From: TPA_inf: Saccharomyces
Taxonomy: Eukaryota
Length of the DNA: 64,000 bases
Direction: 5' to 3'
Assembly (NCBI GenBank): GCA_000146045.2
Contig: BK006938.2
Coordinates: forward strand, 1-64,000
This document shows positions 1 through 11,656 of this stretch, one piece after another (position 1 is the stretch's first letter; every line of letters begins with the position of its first letter). Position numbers and translations under genes: made by a program. Under the pieces are notes generated by a model. It was given only the letters and a program-made list of their open reading frames with translations, did not search any database and was not told where the DNA came from.

Positions 1-155
1 ACACCACACCCACACCACACCCACACACACCACACCCACACACCACACCCACACCCACACACCCACACCCACACACCACACACCACACCACACCACACCC
101 ACACCCACACCACACCCACACCCACACACCACACCCACACCCACACACCACACAC
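1..155. repeat. TEL04L: Terminal telomeric repeat tract, (C1-3A)n on the + strand, i.e. a left-arm chromosome end
   Basis: Seen directly: irregular CACACCCACACACCACACCC units from base 1, degenerating at about 155 into TACCCCTAACACTACCC. C-rich strand written 5' to 3' at the start means a left telomere. Confidence 0.9.
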
Positions 156-904
156 TACCCCTAACACTACCCTATTCTAACCCTGATTTTACCTGTCTCC
201 AAACCTACCCTCACATTACCCTACCTCCCCACTCGTTACCCTGCCCCACTCAACCATCCACTCCCAACCACCATCCATCTCTCTACTTACCACTAACCAC
301 CGTCCACCATAACCGTTACCCTCCAATTACCCATATCCAACTCCACTACCACTTACCCTACTATTACCCTACCATCCACCATGTCCTACTCACTGTACTG
401 TTGTTCTACCCTCCATATTGAAACGTTAACAAATGATCGTAAATAATACATACATACTTACCCTACCACTCTATACCACCACTACCACCACCGCCACTTG
501 CCACACTCACCTTCACTTCTACTGATATGTCATACGCACACGGATGCTACAGTATATACCATCTCAAACTTACCCTACTTTCATATTCCACACCATGGCC
601 CCATTCTCACTAAATCAGTACCAAATGCACTCACATCATTATTCACGGCACTTGCCTCAGCGGTCTATACCCTGTGCCATTTACGCATAACTCCCACGAT
701 TATCCACATTTTATTACCTATATCTCATTCGGCGGCCCCAAATATTGTATAACTGCTCTTAATACATACGTTATACCACTTTTACACCGTATACTAACCA
801 CTCAATTTATATACACTTATGCCAATATTACAAAAAAATCACCACTAAAATCACCTAAACATAAAAATATTCTATTCTTCAACCATAATACATAAACACA
901 CTTA
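156..904. repeat. Subtelomeric X element (combinatorial repeats then core X); no Y' element follows. Boundaries are approximate.
   Basis: Degenerate CCCTAA-like and other short repeats directly after the telomere tract, then an AT-rich core ending with an ARS consensus match. Composition and position fit an X-only chromosome end; the proximal boundary near 900 is from memory of TEL04L, not measured. Confidence 0.55.
856..866 (-). promoter_or_regulatory. ARS consensus sequence (WTTTAYRTTTW) match at the proximal edge of the X core
   Basis: Plus strand taaacataaaa; reverse complement TTTTATGTTTA fits WTTTAYRTTTW exactly. X cores characteristically carry an ACS. No Abf1 site could be assigned confidently. 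Confidence 0.45.
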
Positions 905-1801
905 ATTGCGTCTTAATACTATCATGGTATCATTAACTTAAAGTTCCTTAATATCGTCATACCACTATGCTCTATTCCATATATTGTAATATAACTGTAC
1001 TCTATAGTCATACAGACGCTTTTACTTCACCCCATCTTCTCATACTATTGTCATAGAATCTCACACTGACGCATGATTAAAACGAATAATTTTTACTGTA
1101 AGGGCTGCCATCCGCGCTCTATCCTTTTGTTTGCAATATTTATATACAGAATCTCAAAACAAGCGGGAGAAGTGCTAATTACCCAGAGGTCATGCATGAT
1201 CTGAGTACCACCGTACCTCTAGGTTTTGCTTTGATCCGTTTTACAGTGACACCGAACATAAGGGGAAGCTATTGACATGGTATCGAAAGGTTGTCCACAT
1301 TGGGAAGTAACTTGGTTCTATGAATCTTCATGTCAGATACGTAGGACAGACTCTTTCCTGTGTAAATATTTGTGACAGCTACGTCTATTTTCTACTAGAT
1401 GTTTACACAGTTTTGTCACAGGAAATCTACGCTTAAAATATGTATTTCATTCAAGCGGTAACCGCTGTACGAGCAGTGACATTGCTGGTCGCACCTTAAA
1501 TGTAAACCAACGTTACGGCACACCGTGATGTACCCGCATTAAAGTTTTGTAAATTCGTTATTACGATTATTGAATTGGCTAGATAGAAAACAGGAAATGA
1601 AATGGATACCCTTTTCGAATAGCTGAGTTTCTTTGCCTAAAATAGCCCAACATTGTTGCCCTTTTTCTATCACGAGGTTACTGAGCCATTGCATGAACGC
1701 GCGCGCCTCGGCGGCTTTTTTTTCCTGCTGTATAAAAGCGAAAAGCCAGAAGTTACTATCTCGAATAAAAAACCCCTCGAACTGCCATCTCACTACCGAA
1801 A

Positions 1802-2953
1802 ATGAAAGAGAATGAAGTCAAAGATGAGAAAAGCGTAGATGTGTTATCCTTCAAACAGCTCGAATCCCAAAAGATTGTTCTACCTCAAGATCTTTTCAGA
1901 AGCAGCTTTACCTGGTTTTGTTATGAAATTTACAAGTCCTTAGCGTTTCGCATCTGGATGCTATTATGGCTACCACTTAGCGTCTGGTGGAAACTTTCCA
2001 ACAATTGTATTTACCCACTTATAGTTTCACTTCTGGTCCTGTTTCTGGGACCAATATTTGTCCTTGTTATTTGTGGACTTTCTCGTAAGCGTTCCTTATC
2101 GAAACAACTCATTCAGTTTTGCAAAGAGATTACTGAAAACACACCAAGTTCTGATCCTCATGATTGGGAAGTCGTTGTAGCAAATCTAAATTCGTACTTA
2201 TATGAAAATAAGGCTTGGAATACTAAGAATTTCTTTTTCAATGCTACGGATTGTGAGAAAATGTTCAGAACAACTGTTCTTGAACCATTTTCTTTGAAAA
2301 AAGATAAAGCTGCCAAGGTTAAGTCATTTAAGGATTCTGTCCCTTATATCGAAGAGGCTTTGCAAGTGTATGCTACAGGATTTGACAAACAGTGGAAGTT
2401 GTTTATTACTGAAAAATCATGGAGCCCTGTTGGCCTGGAAGACGTTCAGCTTCCCAAGGATATTCATCGGTCCAAGCTTACTTGGTTTTTAAAGCGGATT
2501 TTCACTATTTACTCTCTACCATTATGGCTTGCTTTTTTGAACTGTATCTGCGTGTCACAGCATTTTTGCCTTGCATTTCGTATCTTGTGTCCTGGATTGT
2601 TTTTCCTCATGATGGTGTGGCTTTTCCAAAATATGAGGACGACTGCTTTACTCGTGAAAATGGAACACAAGATGCAATTCTTGTTGACTATTATAAATGA
2701 GCAAGAAAGTGGTGCGAATGGATGGGACGAAATTGCAAGGAAAATGAATAGGTACTTGTTTGAGAAAAAAGCCTGGAAGAATGAAGAGTTTTTCTTCGAC
2801 GGGATTGACTGTGAATGGTTTTTTAGCCACTTCTTCTACCGCCTTCTATCTGCAAAGAAATCTATGTGGCTTTTACCATTGAATGTGGAACTATGGCCAT
2901 ATATTAAAGAAGCGCAATTGTCCCGCAATGAAGAGTCTTTAATGAAGAAATGA
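1802..2953 (+). CDS. COS7: COS/DUP380 family subtelomeric membrane protein, 383 aa
   Basis: ATG at 1802; 383 aa with hydrophobic N-terminal half and conserved COS C-terminal half; first gene inside the telomere, as for COS genes; length and position match YDL248W. Confidence 0.9.
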   Translation: MKENEVKDEKSVDVLSFKQLESQKIVLPQDLFRSSFTWFCYEIYKSLAFRIWMLLWLPLSVWWKLSNNCIYPLIVSLLVLFLGPIFVLVICGLSRKRSLSKQLIQFCKEITENTPSSDPHDWEVVVANLNSYLYENKAWNTKNFFFNATDCEKMFRTTVLEPFSLKKDKAAKVKSFKDSVPYIEEALQVYATGFDKQWKLFITEKSWSPVGLEDVQLPKDIHRSKLTWFLKRIFTIYSLPLWLAFLNCICVSQHFCLAFRILCPGLFFLMMVWLFQNMRTTALLVKMEHKMQFLLTIINEQESGANGWDEIARKMNRYLFEKKAWKNEEFFFDGIDCEWFFSHFFYRLLSAKKSMWLLPLNVELWPYIKEAQLSRNEESLMKK

Positions 2954-3761
2954 GAACGCCCTTCTGGACTTAAAAATTCATACTTTTGCATTCTGTTAGA
3001 TATGAATACTACACTCTATTGAGTGACTTTAAAAGGCGAGTGGACACTTTTATCAAGCGATTTATCATGCAGTAATACTAATATTACTAATTAATCACTA
3101 CTACCTCTCTTAAACAGGAAATATGCTATTCATCAGTAAGAAGCTGCACAAATGTTATATATCATACCAGGAATACACATAAGAGCAAAAATGCTATTCT
3201 ACAATATCCTCATCTTACCAGCTCACTCACAAAATATTCTTACTCCGAGTACGACCATAAAGCAATGCTAACGAATAGTCATACTAAAGTACTATAAAAT
3301 CTTTCCGTGCGCTCAAACGGAGGCCATGCCATAAAGTTAAATGTGATAACTTAAAAGCATCATAAGAGTGATTTTCCAGTATTGTTTCAGTAATGTAAGG
3401 CCTAAAGAAGAACGCATATTGGTAAACCTCCAACCTACTAGTAATTAAAAAGCTTTAGTTTAACCCGTAGTTCGGGATACACTTCGGGCATAACGTACGT
3501 TTATTATAAATTTTTATATCTCTTGCGTACCATGTATATTCCAGAACAGTGAATACACTTTTCTAGTTCATTTATGCTACTTTCATATCCTCCATTAAAG
3601 CGGGAGCTACCGTTGAAAAGGCATAATAATTGAAGTTTCGAGTGGGTTAGTTACACTAGGTGAAGGATCGTTTGCCTCCATATGGTCAAGCCATTCACGG
3701 ACATTGATAATAGCTGGGACAATTCTGGTTTCATAAAAGGTTTCATTCATCCAGATTACAG

Positions 3762-3836
3762 ATGCATTCAAATAATAGTCGCCAAATACTGATACCTCAT
3801 CAAAATGAAAATATGTTTCTAACGGAACTGTATTAG
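3762..3836 (+). CDS. Tiny 24-aa ORF ([24 protein letters not shown]), matching the coordinates I recall for the SGD putative ORF YDL247W-A
   Basis: ATG at 3762 and TAG at 3834-3836 verified by hand translation. Too short to judge coding potential; it overlaps a longer antisense open frame (see findings). Confidence 0.2.
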
Positions 3837-5984
3837 ACCATGCGCTCAGTTAGCTGGAGTCGCGTTGGTTAACAAATTAGCTAAATTCACCATTACTTTA
3901 CTTAAAGACCTATCACCACAAAGGAAATGGCGATTCTACAACAGGACCAGCTTCACTGTTTTTACCGTTGATTTAAAGATCACCTTTTGACTATTTTATA
4001 TGCCAATTCAGAAACCGTTATAATAGAAGTTTTCTACTACAAAATTTACAGGATGTTGTAGCTTGATTGCATAATATTTTTTTAAAACGGATAACCACCA
4101 ACCCTCGTCAGTGACTTCCCATTATGAAATTTTTCTCTTCTTATCCTTTTTGGTACCCTTTTTCCTATCATGCGCCTCGAAACAACTTCCATAGTACGTG
4201 CCTGCTACTGTGAGTAGTTTACTGCCGCAGTGAAACACTATACTGATTCAGCATCCATCAGTAAGTGCGCGCTAAAACGACAACTTTTTCGTACCTTTAC
4301 AAGTAAGGAGTGGTTAAGGTGTATAGCTCATACTAGATATTAAACTTCGGAGAAAAGTCCCTGTTTCAATGACAAATATGAGTTGCACAATAGAATTTTT
4401 ATATCTATGATTACGCTTGGTAGGATGAAACTCTTAAATTCCGTTATAAGTTTTATAAATCGCCGTAATTGCAAAAATACAGGGTGATGCGTATAAGTCT
4501 CATAAAAATCAAATCATTCCCTCTATTGCAACCATATCAAATTTTGATGATGATTATTTTACAATTTTCATTGCCATGGATGAAAATAAACGCTGATATC
4601 TTTATAATTAACCCGGAATGGAAATTGTGCACAGTACATCAATGGCGTTTCGAGTATTAAGACCTGTGATTTAGAGCCAATTAGCCAAGTAAAGCGACAT
4701 TTCCTTTCTATGTTTGGCATCTTTTTTTTTTGGCCTTAAAACAGTGTTTCTGTAAAATTAAGGGCCAACTCTTACAATAGTAATGAGATTAATAAGGCCC
4801 AAAGAATATTTTGGCCATTTCTTTTTCGTACAACCATATAGTTTTCTCAAGTAGCGACGAAAGAGAGATAACTGAAACAAAATGTCATGGAAGAAGTGCT
4901 TATATTAAAAAATCTATGTCGGAAATATTTCTATAGGGAAAAGTATACTAAAATCTTACTCGAGCTTTGAAATGAACAAGCCTAAACCGCCCAATTCCAA
5001 GATCTTTAATATACTATAACTTGAAAGTCATACCTGTTATATCACTCCAGAGGTTATTGTGGGAGCATATTTAATGCTTTGTGGGTAAGCTTGATAAACT
5101 GTAGTTCTACCACTTTTCCCAGGATACTGATTATGGTAAAAGTTCTTATTTGTCTTACGACTTAGATTTAGCACTCACATTTGTCATCATATGTTGAAAA
5201 ATCAAGCTGGAATTTATTGGTGGATCTTTCATCTCCATTTATACTTTTTACTTGTTTTTCTCCAAGCAAAAAGATTTCACGTTGTTCGGGAGGTAAATAT
5301 GAAGTAGAAGAGCAGTCAGGTAGAGTGGTTATCCCATCAGCCAGAACCTGTCCGTAAACAGGTTGTGGACTACAGTATGTGTGTTTTTTTCTTTCTAGTT
5401 ACTCAATATGGATATTTTGGTGACTATAAAGACCTCTCGTAAATTTCTGAAAATATGCTTCGGTTCGAATCTGTGGTCTGCAGTGCAGCGTGTTGGTATT
5501 TTACCGACAGTTTTAGCGAAATATGTATAGATCTGTCACGCTTGCAACATCGCGACAGGTCGGTATACTAAAATTACAGCATGAATTTCTGATCTATAAT
5601 CACACTGTTGCAGTTTCCAGAGAGTCAATCATATTAAGTCCTCTGTTTGAATCAATGTTGGCTTTGTTCTTCTGGAGAGGAATCAGCTCGTTATATGTTT
5701 GTCTTTTTCTCTGCTCGAGAGTCATCGCGACATTCCACACCCCGCGTTTTACGTGCACAGAATCTTTCGTAGAAGGGAGCATTTGACATCCTGTCAGCCA
5801 TATGCAATGAGTATGCCACAAGTTCATGATAGTGTTGACTATAGAATATAAAAAAAAGGTGGGGTCATCTGTAATCGTTGTTTGTAATTCTTAGAGGCCT
5901 GTTCTTGGAATTATTATGCAAAGATTACCATCACAAAATCTAACACAAATAGAGATACAGGTCTTGTAAAGCCATTACCTAGCT

Positions 5985-7814
5985 ATGAAAAACTTATCTT
6001 TTCTCATAAACAGAAGAAAGGAAAATACAAGTGACTCGAATGTATACCCAGGAAAGGCTAAGTCGCATGAACCCAGCTGGATAGAAATGGATGATCAAAC
6101 TAAGAAGGACGGCTTAGATATTGTTCATGTTGAGTTCAGTCCGGATACAAGAGCGCCAAGCGATAGCAATAAAGTAATAACAGAGATATTTGACGCTACT
6201 GAGGATGCCAAGGAGGCAGACGAAAGTGAAAGAGGAATGCCACTTGCGACAGCATTGAATACATATCCCAAGGCAGCAGCTTGGTCACTATTGGTCTCTA
6301 CAACTTTAATCATGGAAGGGTACGACACAGCTATTCTTGGAGCTTTCTACGCCTTGCCTATTTTTCAGAGAAAGTTTGGCTCACAAAATGACAAAACTGG
6401 AGAATGGGAAATTTCAGCGTCATGGCAAATCGGGCTGACCTTATGTTATATGGCAGGTGAAATTGTGGGGCTACAGCTAACGGGGCCCTCCGTGGATCTT
6501 GTTGGAAATCGTTACACATTGATTATTGCATTGTTTTTTTTAGCTGCCTTCACTTTTATACTGTACTTTTGCAATAGTTTAGGCATGATTGCTGTGGGAC
6601 AAGCATTGTGCGGGATGCCATGGGGTTGTTTTCAGTGTTTGACGGTGTCTTACGCTTCTGAAATATGCCCATTGGCTCTGAGATATTACCTTACAACCTA
6701 TTCAAACTTGTGCTGGTTATTTGGACAACTTTTTGCAGCTGGAATCATGAAAAATTCTCAAAAAAAATATGCGGATTCAGAATTAGGATATAAACTACCA
6801 TTTGCCCTACAGTGGATTTTGCCAGTTCCTTTAGCACTGGGAATTTTTTTTGCACCTGAATCTCCATGGTGGCTAGTTAAAAAAGGAAGGTTTGATGAGG
6901 CAAGGAGATCACTTAGAAGAACTTTAAGCGGCAAGGGACCTGAAAAAGAAATACTAGTAACTCTGGAGGTGGACAAAATAAAAGTGACTATAGATAAGGA
7001 AAAGAGACTCACAAGTAAAGAAGGCTCCTATAGTGATTGTTTTGAAGACAAGATTAATCGAAGAAGAACGAGAATTACTTGTCTCTGCTGGGCTGGTCAA
7101 GCCACTTGTGGTTCAATACTAATAGGTTATTCAACTTACTTTTACGAAAAGGCTGGCGTTAGTACTGAAATGTCCTTCACTTTTAGTATTATTCAATACT
7201 GTCTCGGTATTTGTGCTACATTTCTATCTTGGTGGGCGTCAAAGTATTTTGGTAGATATGACCTTTACGCTTTTGGACTAGCCTTCCAAACCATTGTTTT
7301 TTTCATTATTGGCGGTTTGGGGTGCTCAAGTACGCACGGTTCCAAAATGGGAAGTGGTTCTCTTTTAATGGCTGTAGCATTTTTTTACAATTTAGGAATT
7401 GCCCCGGTCGTTTTTTGCCTAGTCTCTGAAATGCCATCTTCAAGACTAAGAACGAAAACAATCATTCTAGCACGTAACACTTATAATGTGGTCAGTATCA
7501 TATGTAGCGTTCTCATCTTATACCAACTGAACTCTAAGAAGTGGAACTGGGGCGCTAAGTCAGGCTTTTTCTGGGGTGTCTTATGCTTTTGTACTTTAAT
7601 CTGGGCTGTGGTTGACCTACCAGAAACTGCCGGAAAGACTTTCGTGGAAATAAATGAGTTATTTAAACTTGGAGTTTCTGCAAGAAAGTTCAAATCGACG
7701 AAAGTAGATCCGTTTGTTGTCAAAACCCCCCTAAAGACGTCTCTCATAACGACCCCAAGGGAGATATCGAAGCTTCCATTGCAGAGGAATAGCAATGTAT
7801 CCCATCACCTATGA
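5985..7814 (+). CDS. MPH2: Alpha-glucoside (maltose) permease of the MAL31/AGT1-like MFS family, 609 aa
   Basis: ATG at 5985; 609 aa; 12-TM sugar porter with [12 protein letters not shown] motif; identical paralog MPH3 sits on chrX-R, so assignment to MPH2 is by flanking chrIV genes. Confidence 0.9.
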   Translation: MKNLSFLINRRKENTSDSNVYPGKAKSHEPSWIEMDDQTKKDGLDIVHVEFSPDTRAPSDSNKVITEIFDATEDAKEADESERGMPLATALNTYPKAAAWSLLVSTTLIMEGYDTAILGAFYALPIFQRKFGSQNDKTGEWEISASWQIGLTLCYMAGEIVGLQLTGPSVDLVGNRYTLIIALFFLAAFTFILYFCNSLGMIAVGQALCGMPWGCFQCLTVSYASEICPLALRYYLTTYSNLCWLFGQLFAAGIMKNSQKKYADSELGYKLPFALQWILPVPLALGIFFAPESPWWLVKKGRFDEARRSLRRTLSGKGPEKEILVTLEVDKIKVTIDKEKRLTSKEGSYSDCFEDKINRRRTRITCLCWAGQATCGSILIGYSTYFYEKAGVSTEMSFTFSIIQYCLGICATFLSWWASKYFGRYDLYAFGLAFQTIVFFIIGGLGCSSTHGSKMGSGSLLMAVAFFYNLGIAPVVFCLVSEMPSSRLRTKTIILARNTYNVVSIICSVLILYQLNSKKWNWGAKSGFFWGVLCFCTLIWAVVDLPETAGKTFVEINELFKLGVSARKFKSTKVDPFVVKTPLKTSLITTPREISKLPLQRNSNVSHHL

Positions 7815-8682
7815 GCTAATGAACATTTATCGACACAGGTAAATAGGTAACTATGGTATTTACTCTACATGTTACGGAGTATAATACACGTAGATTTGTT
7901 TCTTCCTCATATTCCCATGACATGTCTCAGTAATTGAACTCAAAGTAACATTTAGCTTTCTTCTTGATCATTGCGTTTGGAAATGTATAGTTAGAGAAAA
8001 GATTCTTTCTCATCCGAGTATGGCGCGTGAAGAAAATGAAGATGGAGTTGTCGAAACAAATGGTCATCGACATTAGTTTAATTGTCATAGTAACAGTCTG
8101 GGCACTCACTTCGTACATCCCTTATACATTTAAGTGCAATTTTACCTATTCTAAAAATAGAAAAAATCTCGAATGAGCAGTTCTGGCAGTACTGAAACTG
8201 AGTTAAAAATCTATCAACTGGAAGTAATGCGGTAGTTTTATATATGAGCAATATATGCCGTCAAATTATATGTACAGTAGCTACCAGAGCGGTTATTATA
8301 TTGTTCTTAATCAATAATAAACAAATCAGAGTATATTTCATAATTTCCTCTTACATTTTTAAGAAAAAAGGGTAACATTTATTCCTCATTGATCCTATCT
8401 TTCAATCCTAATAAGCGACAATATTCTTAGCATATACGGGAGAGTTGCTCTCACTCATATCATATAGCTCTCTATATGTGTCAGCGCTCTGATTTGTAAA
8501 ATAACATATTCTTAAGCTTTTTCCGCCCATTTTACAATATTAGATATGAAAAAGTTAGTTTTTAAGTCATTAAACGTGTCTACTATTTAAATTTTTATTT
8601 TTCGGTGTTATTTTCAAGTATTACTGCTTTTGAATTGGTCTATATATATGGACATGAACCAGTGCCGAAAAGTATTCACTTT

Positions 8683-9756
8683 TCATTCAGGACCAAAGAT
8701 AATAGTCTTGACTACCTCTCCACCATGGGCAATGTTGTAGTCGTAAGCCTTGGCTGCATCTTCAAATTTAAATTTGTGGGTTATCAATGGCTTGACATTG
8801 ACTTTTCCTGTGGCAACCAAGTTCACAGCGTCACGATAATCACCGAATGAATAACGGAAACATCCAATCAATTTCATTTCCTTTCCACTAACTTCAGCAA
8901 TTGGAAAATTAGTGTAGTTTTTACCCATACCGACTTGCACCATGGTACCTCCAACCTTAGTTGTTTTGACAGCGGCATCAATGCAAACATCAGCACCTGA
9001 ACACTCAAACACCACATCTGCGTGATTTCCGCCCAAAAGCTTTTGGACCCCATCGGCCAAGTCTTGGGCTTTATCGGTGGAAAACTGGGAAGAATTGAAA
9101 GTGTTTGTGGCTCCGAAATCTTTTGCTCTCTGTAGCTTGTTGTCGAATACATCGACGAAAATGACGTCGGTGGCACCAAAAGCGCGGGCGACTGCGCCAG
9201 TTAAAAGCCCCACAGGACCTGCACCAAATACAACAACTTTGGTACCAAAGCGGACCCCAGCCAATTTATTAGAGTGTACACCGACTGATAAGGGTTCGAC
9301 ACAAGCGCCCTCTTCATAACTGACGCCTTCTGGCAATTTCACAAGGAAATCTTCTGGAGATAAATAGTACTTCACAAGAGTACCATCAATTGGAGGAGTT
9401 GCAGCAAATGCCATATGTGGGCAAAGGTTATAGCTCCCTTCTTTGGTCTCATCAGAGTAACGGCTAGGAACACCAGGTTCAATAGCAACACGGTCACCAA
9501 CTTTGACCCTTGTGACGGCATCACCAACTTCCACAACCTGTCCGCTTGATTCATGACCTAAAACCATTGGCGCCTTCAATATGTACTTACCAATACCACC
9601 GCTTCTATAATAATGAATATCAGAGCCGCAGATACCAGTGGCTTTAATAGCTAACTTGACATAATGGGGGTCCTTAATGGTAGGGATTGGTCTTTGCTCG
9701 ATGGCAATATCGCCGACTTTCTCTAGAACTACTGCAGGGTTACTATTTTGAGACAT
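8683..9756 (-). CDS. SOR2: Sorbitol dehydrogenase, zinc-containing medium-chain dehydrogenase, 357 aa
   Basis: Start ATG (plus-strand cat at 9754-9756) gives MSQNSNPAVV; the 360-aa track ORF starts at a TTG (9763-9765), rejected. GHESSG zinc-ADH motif and GAGPVG Rossmann motif present. SOR1 on chrX is near-identical; named SOR2 by synteny. Confidence 0.9.
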   Translation of the reverse strand: MSQNSNPAVVLEKVGDIAIEQRPIPTIKDPHYVKLAIKATGICGSDIHYYRSGGIGKYILKAPMVLGHESSGQVVEVGDAVTRVKVGDRVAIEPGVPSRYSDETKEGSYNLCPHMAFAATPPIDGTLVKYYLSPEDFLVKLPEGVSYEEGACVEPLSVGVHSNKLAGVRFGTKVVVFGAGPVGLLTGAVARAFGATDVIFVDVFDNKLQRAKDFGATNTFNSSQFSTDKAQDLADGVQKLLGGNHADVVFECSGADVCIDAAVKTTKVGGTMVQVGMGKNYTNFPIAEVSGKEMKLIGCFRYSFGDYRDAVNLVATGKVNVKPLITHKFKFEDAAKAYDYNIAHGGEVVKTIIFGPE

Positions 9757-11656
9757 ATTTTTCAATTTTTTTTTTTAGTATTTTTTCTTGTTGATTGTTT
9801 GATGTTTCTTTTTTCCACTTATACTATATCTCTTCATAAAGATGAACGGTAAGACATTGAGCCTTTTATATGTCGAATTTTTTTCTATATATTAAAGAGA
9901 GAGTAAGCAACTTATGGCAATGAACATACTTTAGATGGAAGAAATGCGGTTAGCAAGGTGATACAGAGGCTTCATGTGACCGGAGAAAGGAGATACGAGA
10001 CCGGAGATAATAGAATATGATGAACCTTAACTGTTGAAGAGGAAGAAAGCATTAAAGTGCTTGGTAAAGACAACAGTTTTCTGAACGAAGTTCCTTCATT
10101 ATTCACCCCAACCAAGCCCGATGGTTCCTGAAGCTAGGCGTAACTTTCCAACTTCAACATAGATTTTGCCACTCGGCAGTAGCTGTCCGCGAAAACTTTA
10201 TTTTCTGCACCTATATGTGCCTAAAACTTACTCTCCTGCAGGGAGCTCGAGAAAATAAGGGATTGTGGGGTAATCTTTAGTGGGGGTATCTCCTGTGCCT
10301 TCCCCCGTAATTTGTTTGCCTTCATGCCTGCCTCTCCTTGTCTCAGGTCACACCATTCACGATTCCTTCATGCCTGCTACCGATTTAGTAGTAAGAAAAG
10401 CCGTGGCAAACAGTCAGGTTTACACCAGCTTTTTTCCTTGGAATTGTTAGCCCGCCTTTTGGTCGTAATGCACACCACAATAATACGTCATTAGTCAAAG
10501 TTTTCACAAAAAATTGATAAACTAAGCTTTCGTACTAATTGTAGAGATGTTGATTCGACAGATGAACGGTTCTATAGTTTCAGTGGACGTAGCGCTTTGA
10601 TATTAAAAAATTATGTACAATATCATGTTAATTAGTTGAAAAATCATAATGTCAATTATCGCAAAATGAAAAGAAGAATTGGTACTCATCCAGAGTTTCA
10701 ATTTAGCAAATAAAGTAATAGACAATTCATCAAGCTTTGAACTTTGTCGTAAGACCTTTCAAAAAGGAAATAAGTAAAAAGATAAAGAAACTCAATAGAC
10801 TTGGAAAAAGGATAGAAATGGACATATGCCGACTTAAATGCTAAAACCCTCGACTGTTTTGAACCCATTGTTTCAATACCGTGTCTTTAACGGTTACTAC
10901 CACAGTTAGGTCACAAATCTTTTAGTGGCAGATGCTCCTTGAACTACTAATGACCCAGGTCACCCAGAGAGGTCAGAGACTTTGTACGGGTACCTATATG
11001 AGGTCTTTTTACTGTATTACAAAAAAAATCTTACTCCATTCGCTATTATGTTGTGTGGAAACATGCCTCAAAATGTTTTCACCGCAAAAAGTATGCTTGT
11101 TGTATTTGCCAAGTTAACGAAGCATGAGAAAGTTTGCCCCCCCGAGTTGAAACAAAGTTATCTCTTCTAATATGATGGTTGTTTGTGCGGCCACGCTAAT
11201 AACGAGCTCAAATATTCCCTTTATAGTAACAACTGAATATTTGGGAAGAATCTATATTTCTATATTATTGTATACACTTTATTTAGAGGAATGGTACAGT
11301 GTTACGTTCCTGGAAATGCATTTTTAAGGATCTTCCATAAGCACTCAAGTGGACCTATGTTGACTTCCCCATCTTCATCACCACTCCGTTTTCACTCCAT
11401 AAGCATCCTACTTTTTATACTCTGCTTTGCCTTAAAGAAACAGAACTTCGTACAATGTTGCCTTAACCAAACGCTTTCTTTCACTAAATAACTCGTTATT
11501 TTATATAGTACTAGTAGTCCGAAAAAGGGAGTTTGCAAAGAAACTCGTAGTTTTTTGTTGATTAAATTTGAAATTACGTGTCACTTCGTTTTACAGTAGG
11601 CCCTATTTTTTTTCAAGAATTTATCTCTTAGCATGTTTATCAAGCGCGCATATTGA

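Noticed and set aside
498-895. Two + strand ORFs (84 and 73 aa) inside the X element
   Set aside because: Both begin on TTG in the track's permissive start-codon model, lie in repetitive subtelomeric DNA, have proline/histidine-rich low-complexity products and no homology I recognise.
2419-2830. Overlapping alternative-frame ORFs inside COS7 (93 aa +, 60 aa -), and similar nested ORFs inside LRG1, ADY3, GYP7, BRE4, HO, GCS1, WHI4, HBT1 and FMP45
   Set aside because: All are shorter than and fully contained in well-supported genes, lack domains, and many start on non-ATG codons.
5460-5477. tRNA B-box-like GGTTCGAATCTG
   Set aside because: No A box (TRGCNNAGTGG) at the expected distance upstream, no cloverleaf pairing, no flanking Ty LTR; judged a chance match.
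9757-9765. Upstream extensions of SOR2 (9765), PTP1 (42694), SSB1 (44056), YPD1 (33978), HBT1 (60441), THI13 (16129) and AAD4 (18770) offered by the ORF track
   Set aside because: I checked each start codon on the sequence: all are TTG/GTG, not ATG. The first ATG gives the known protein length in every case.
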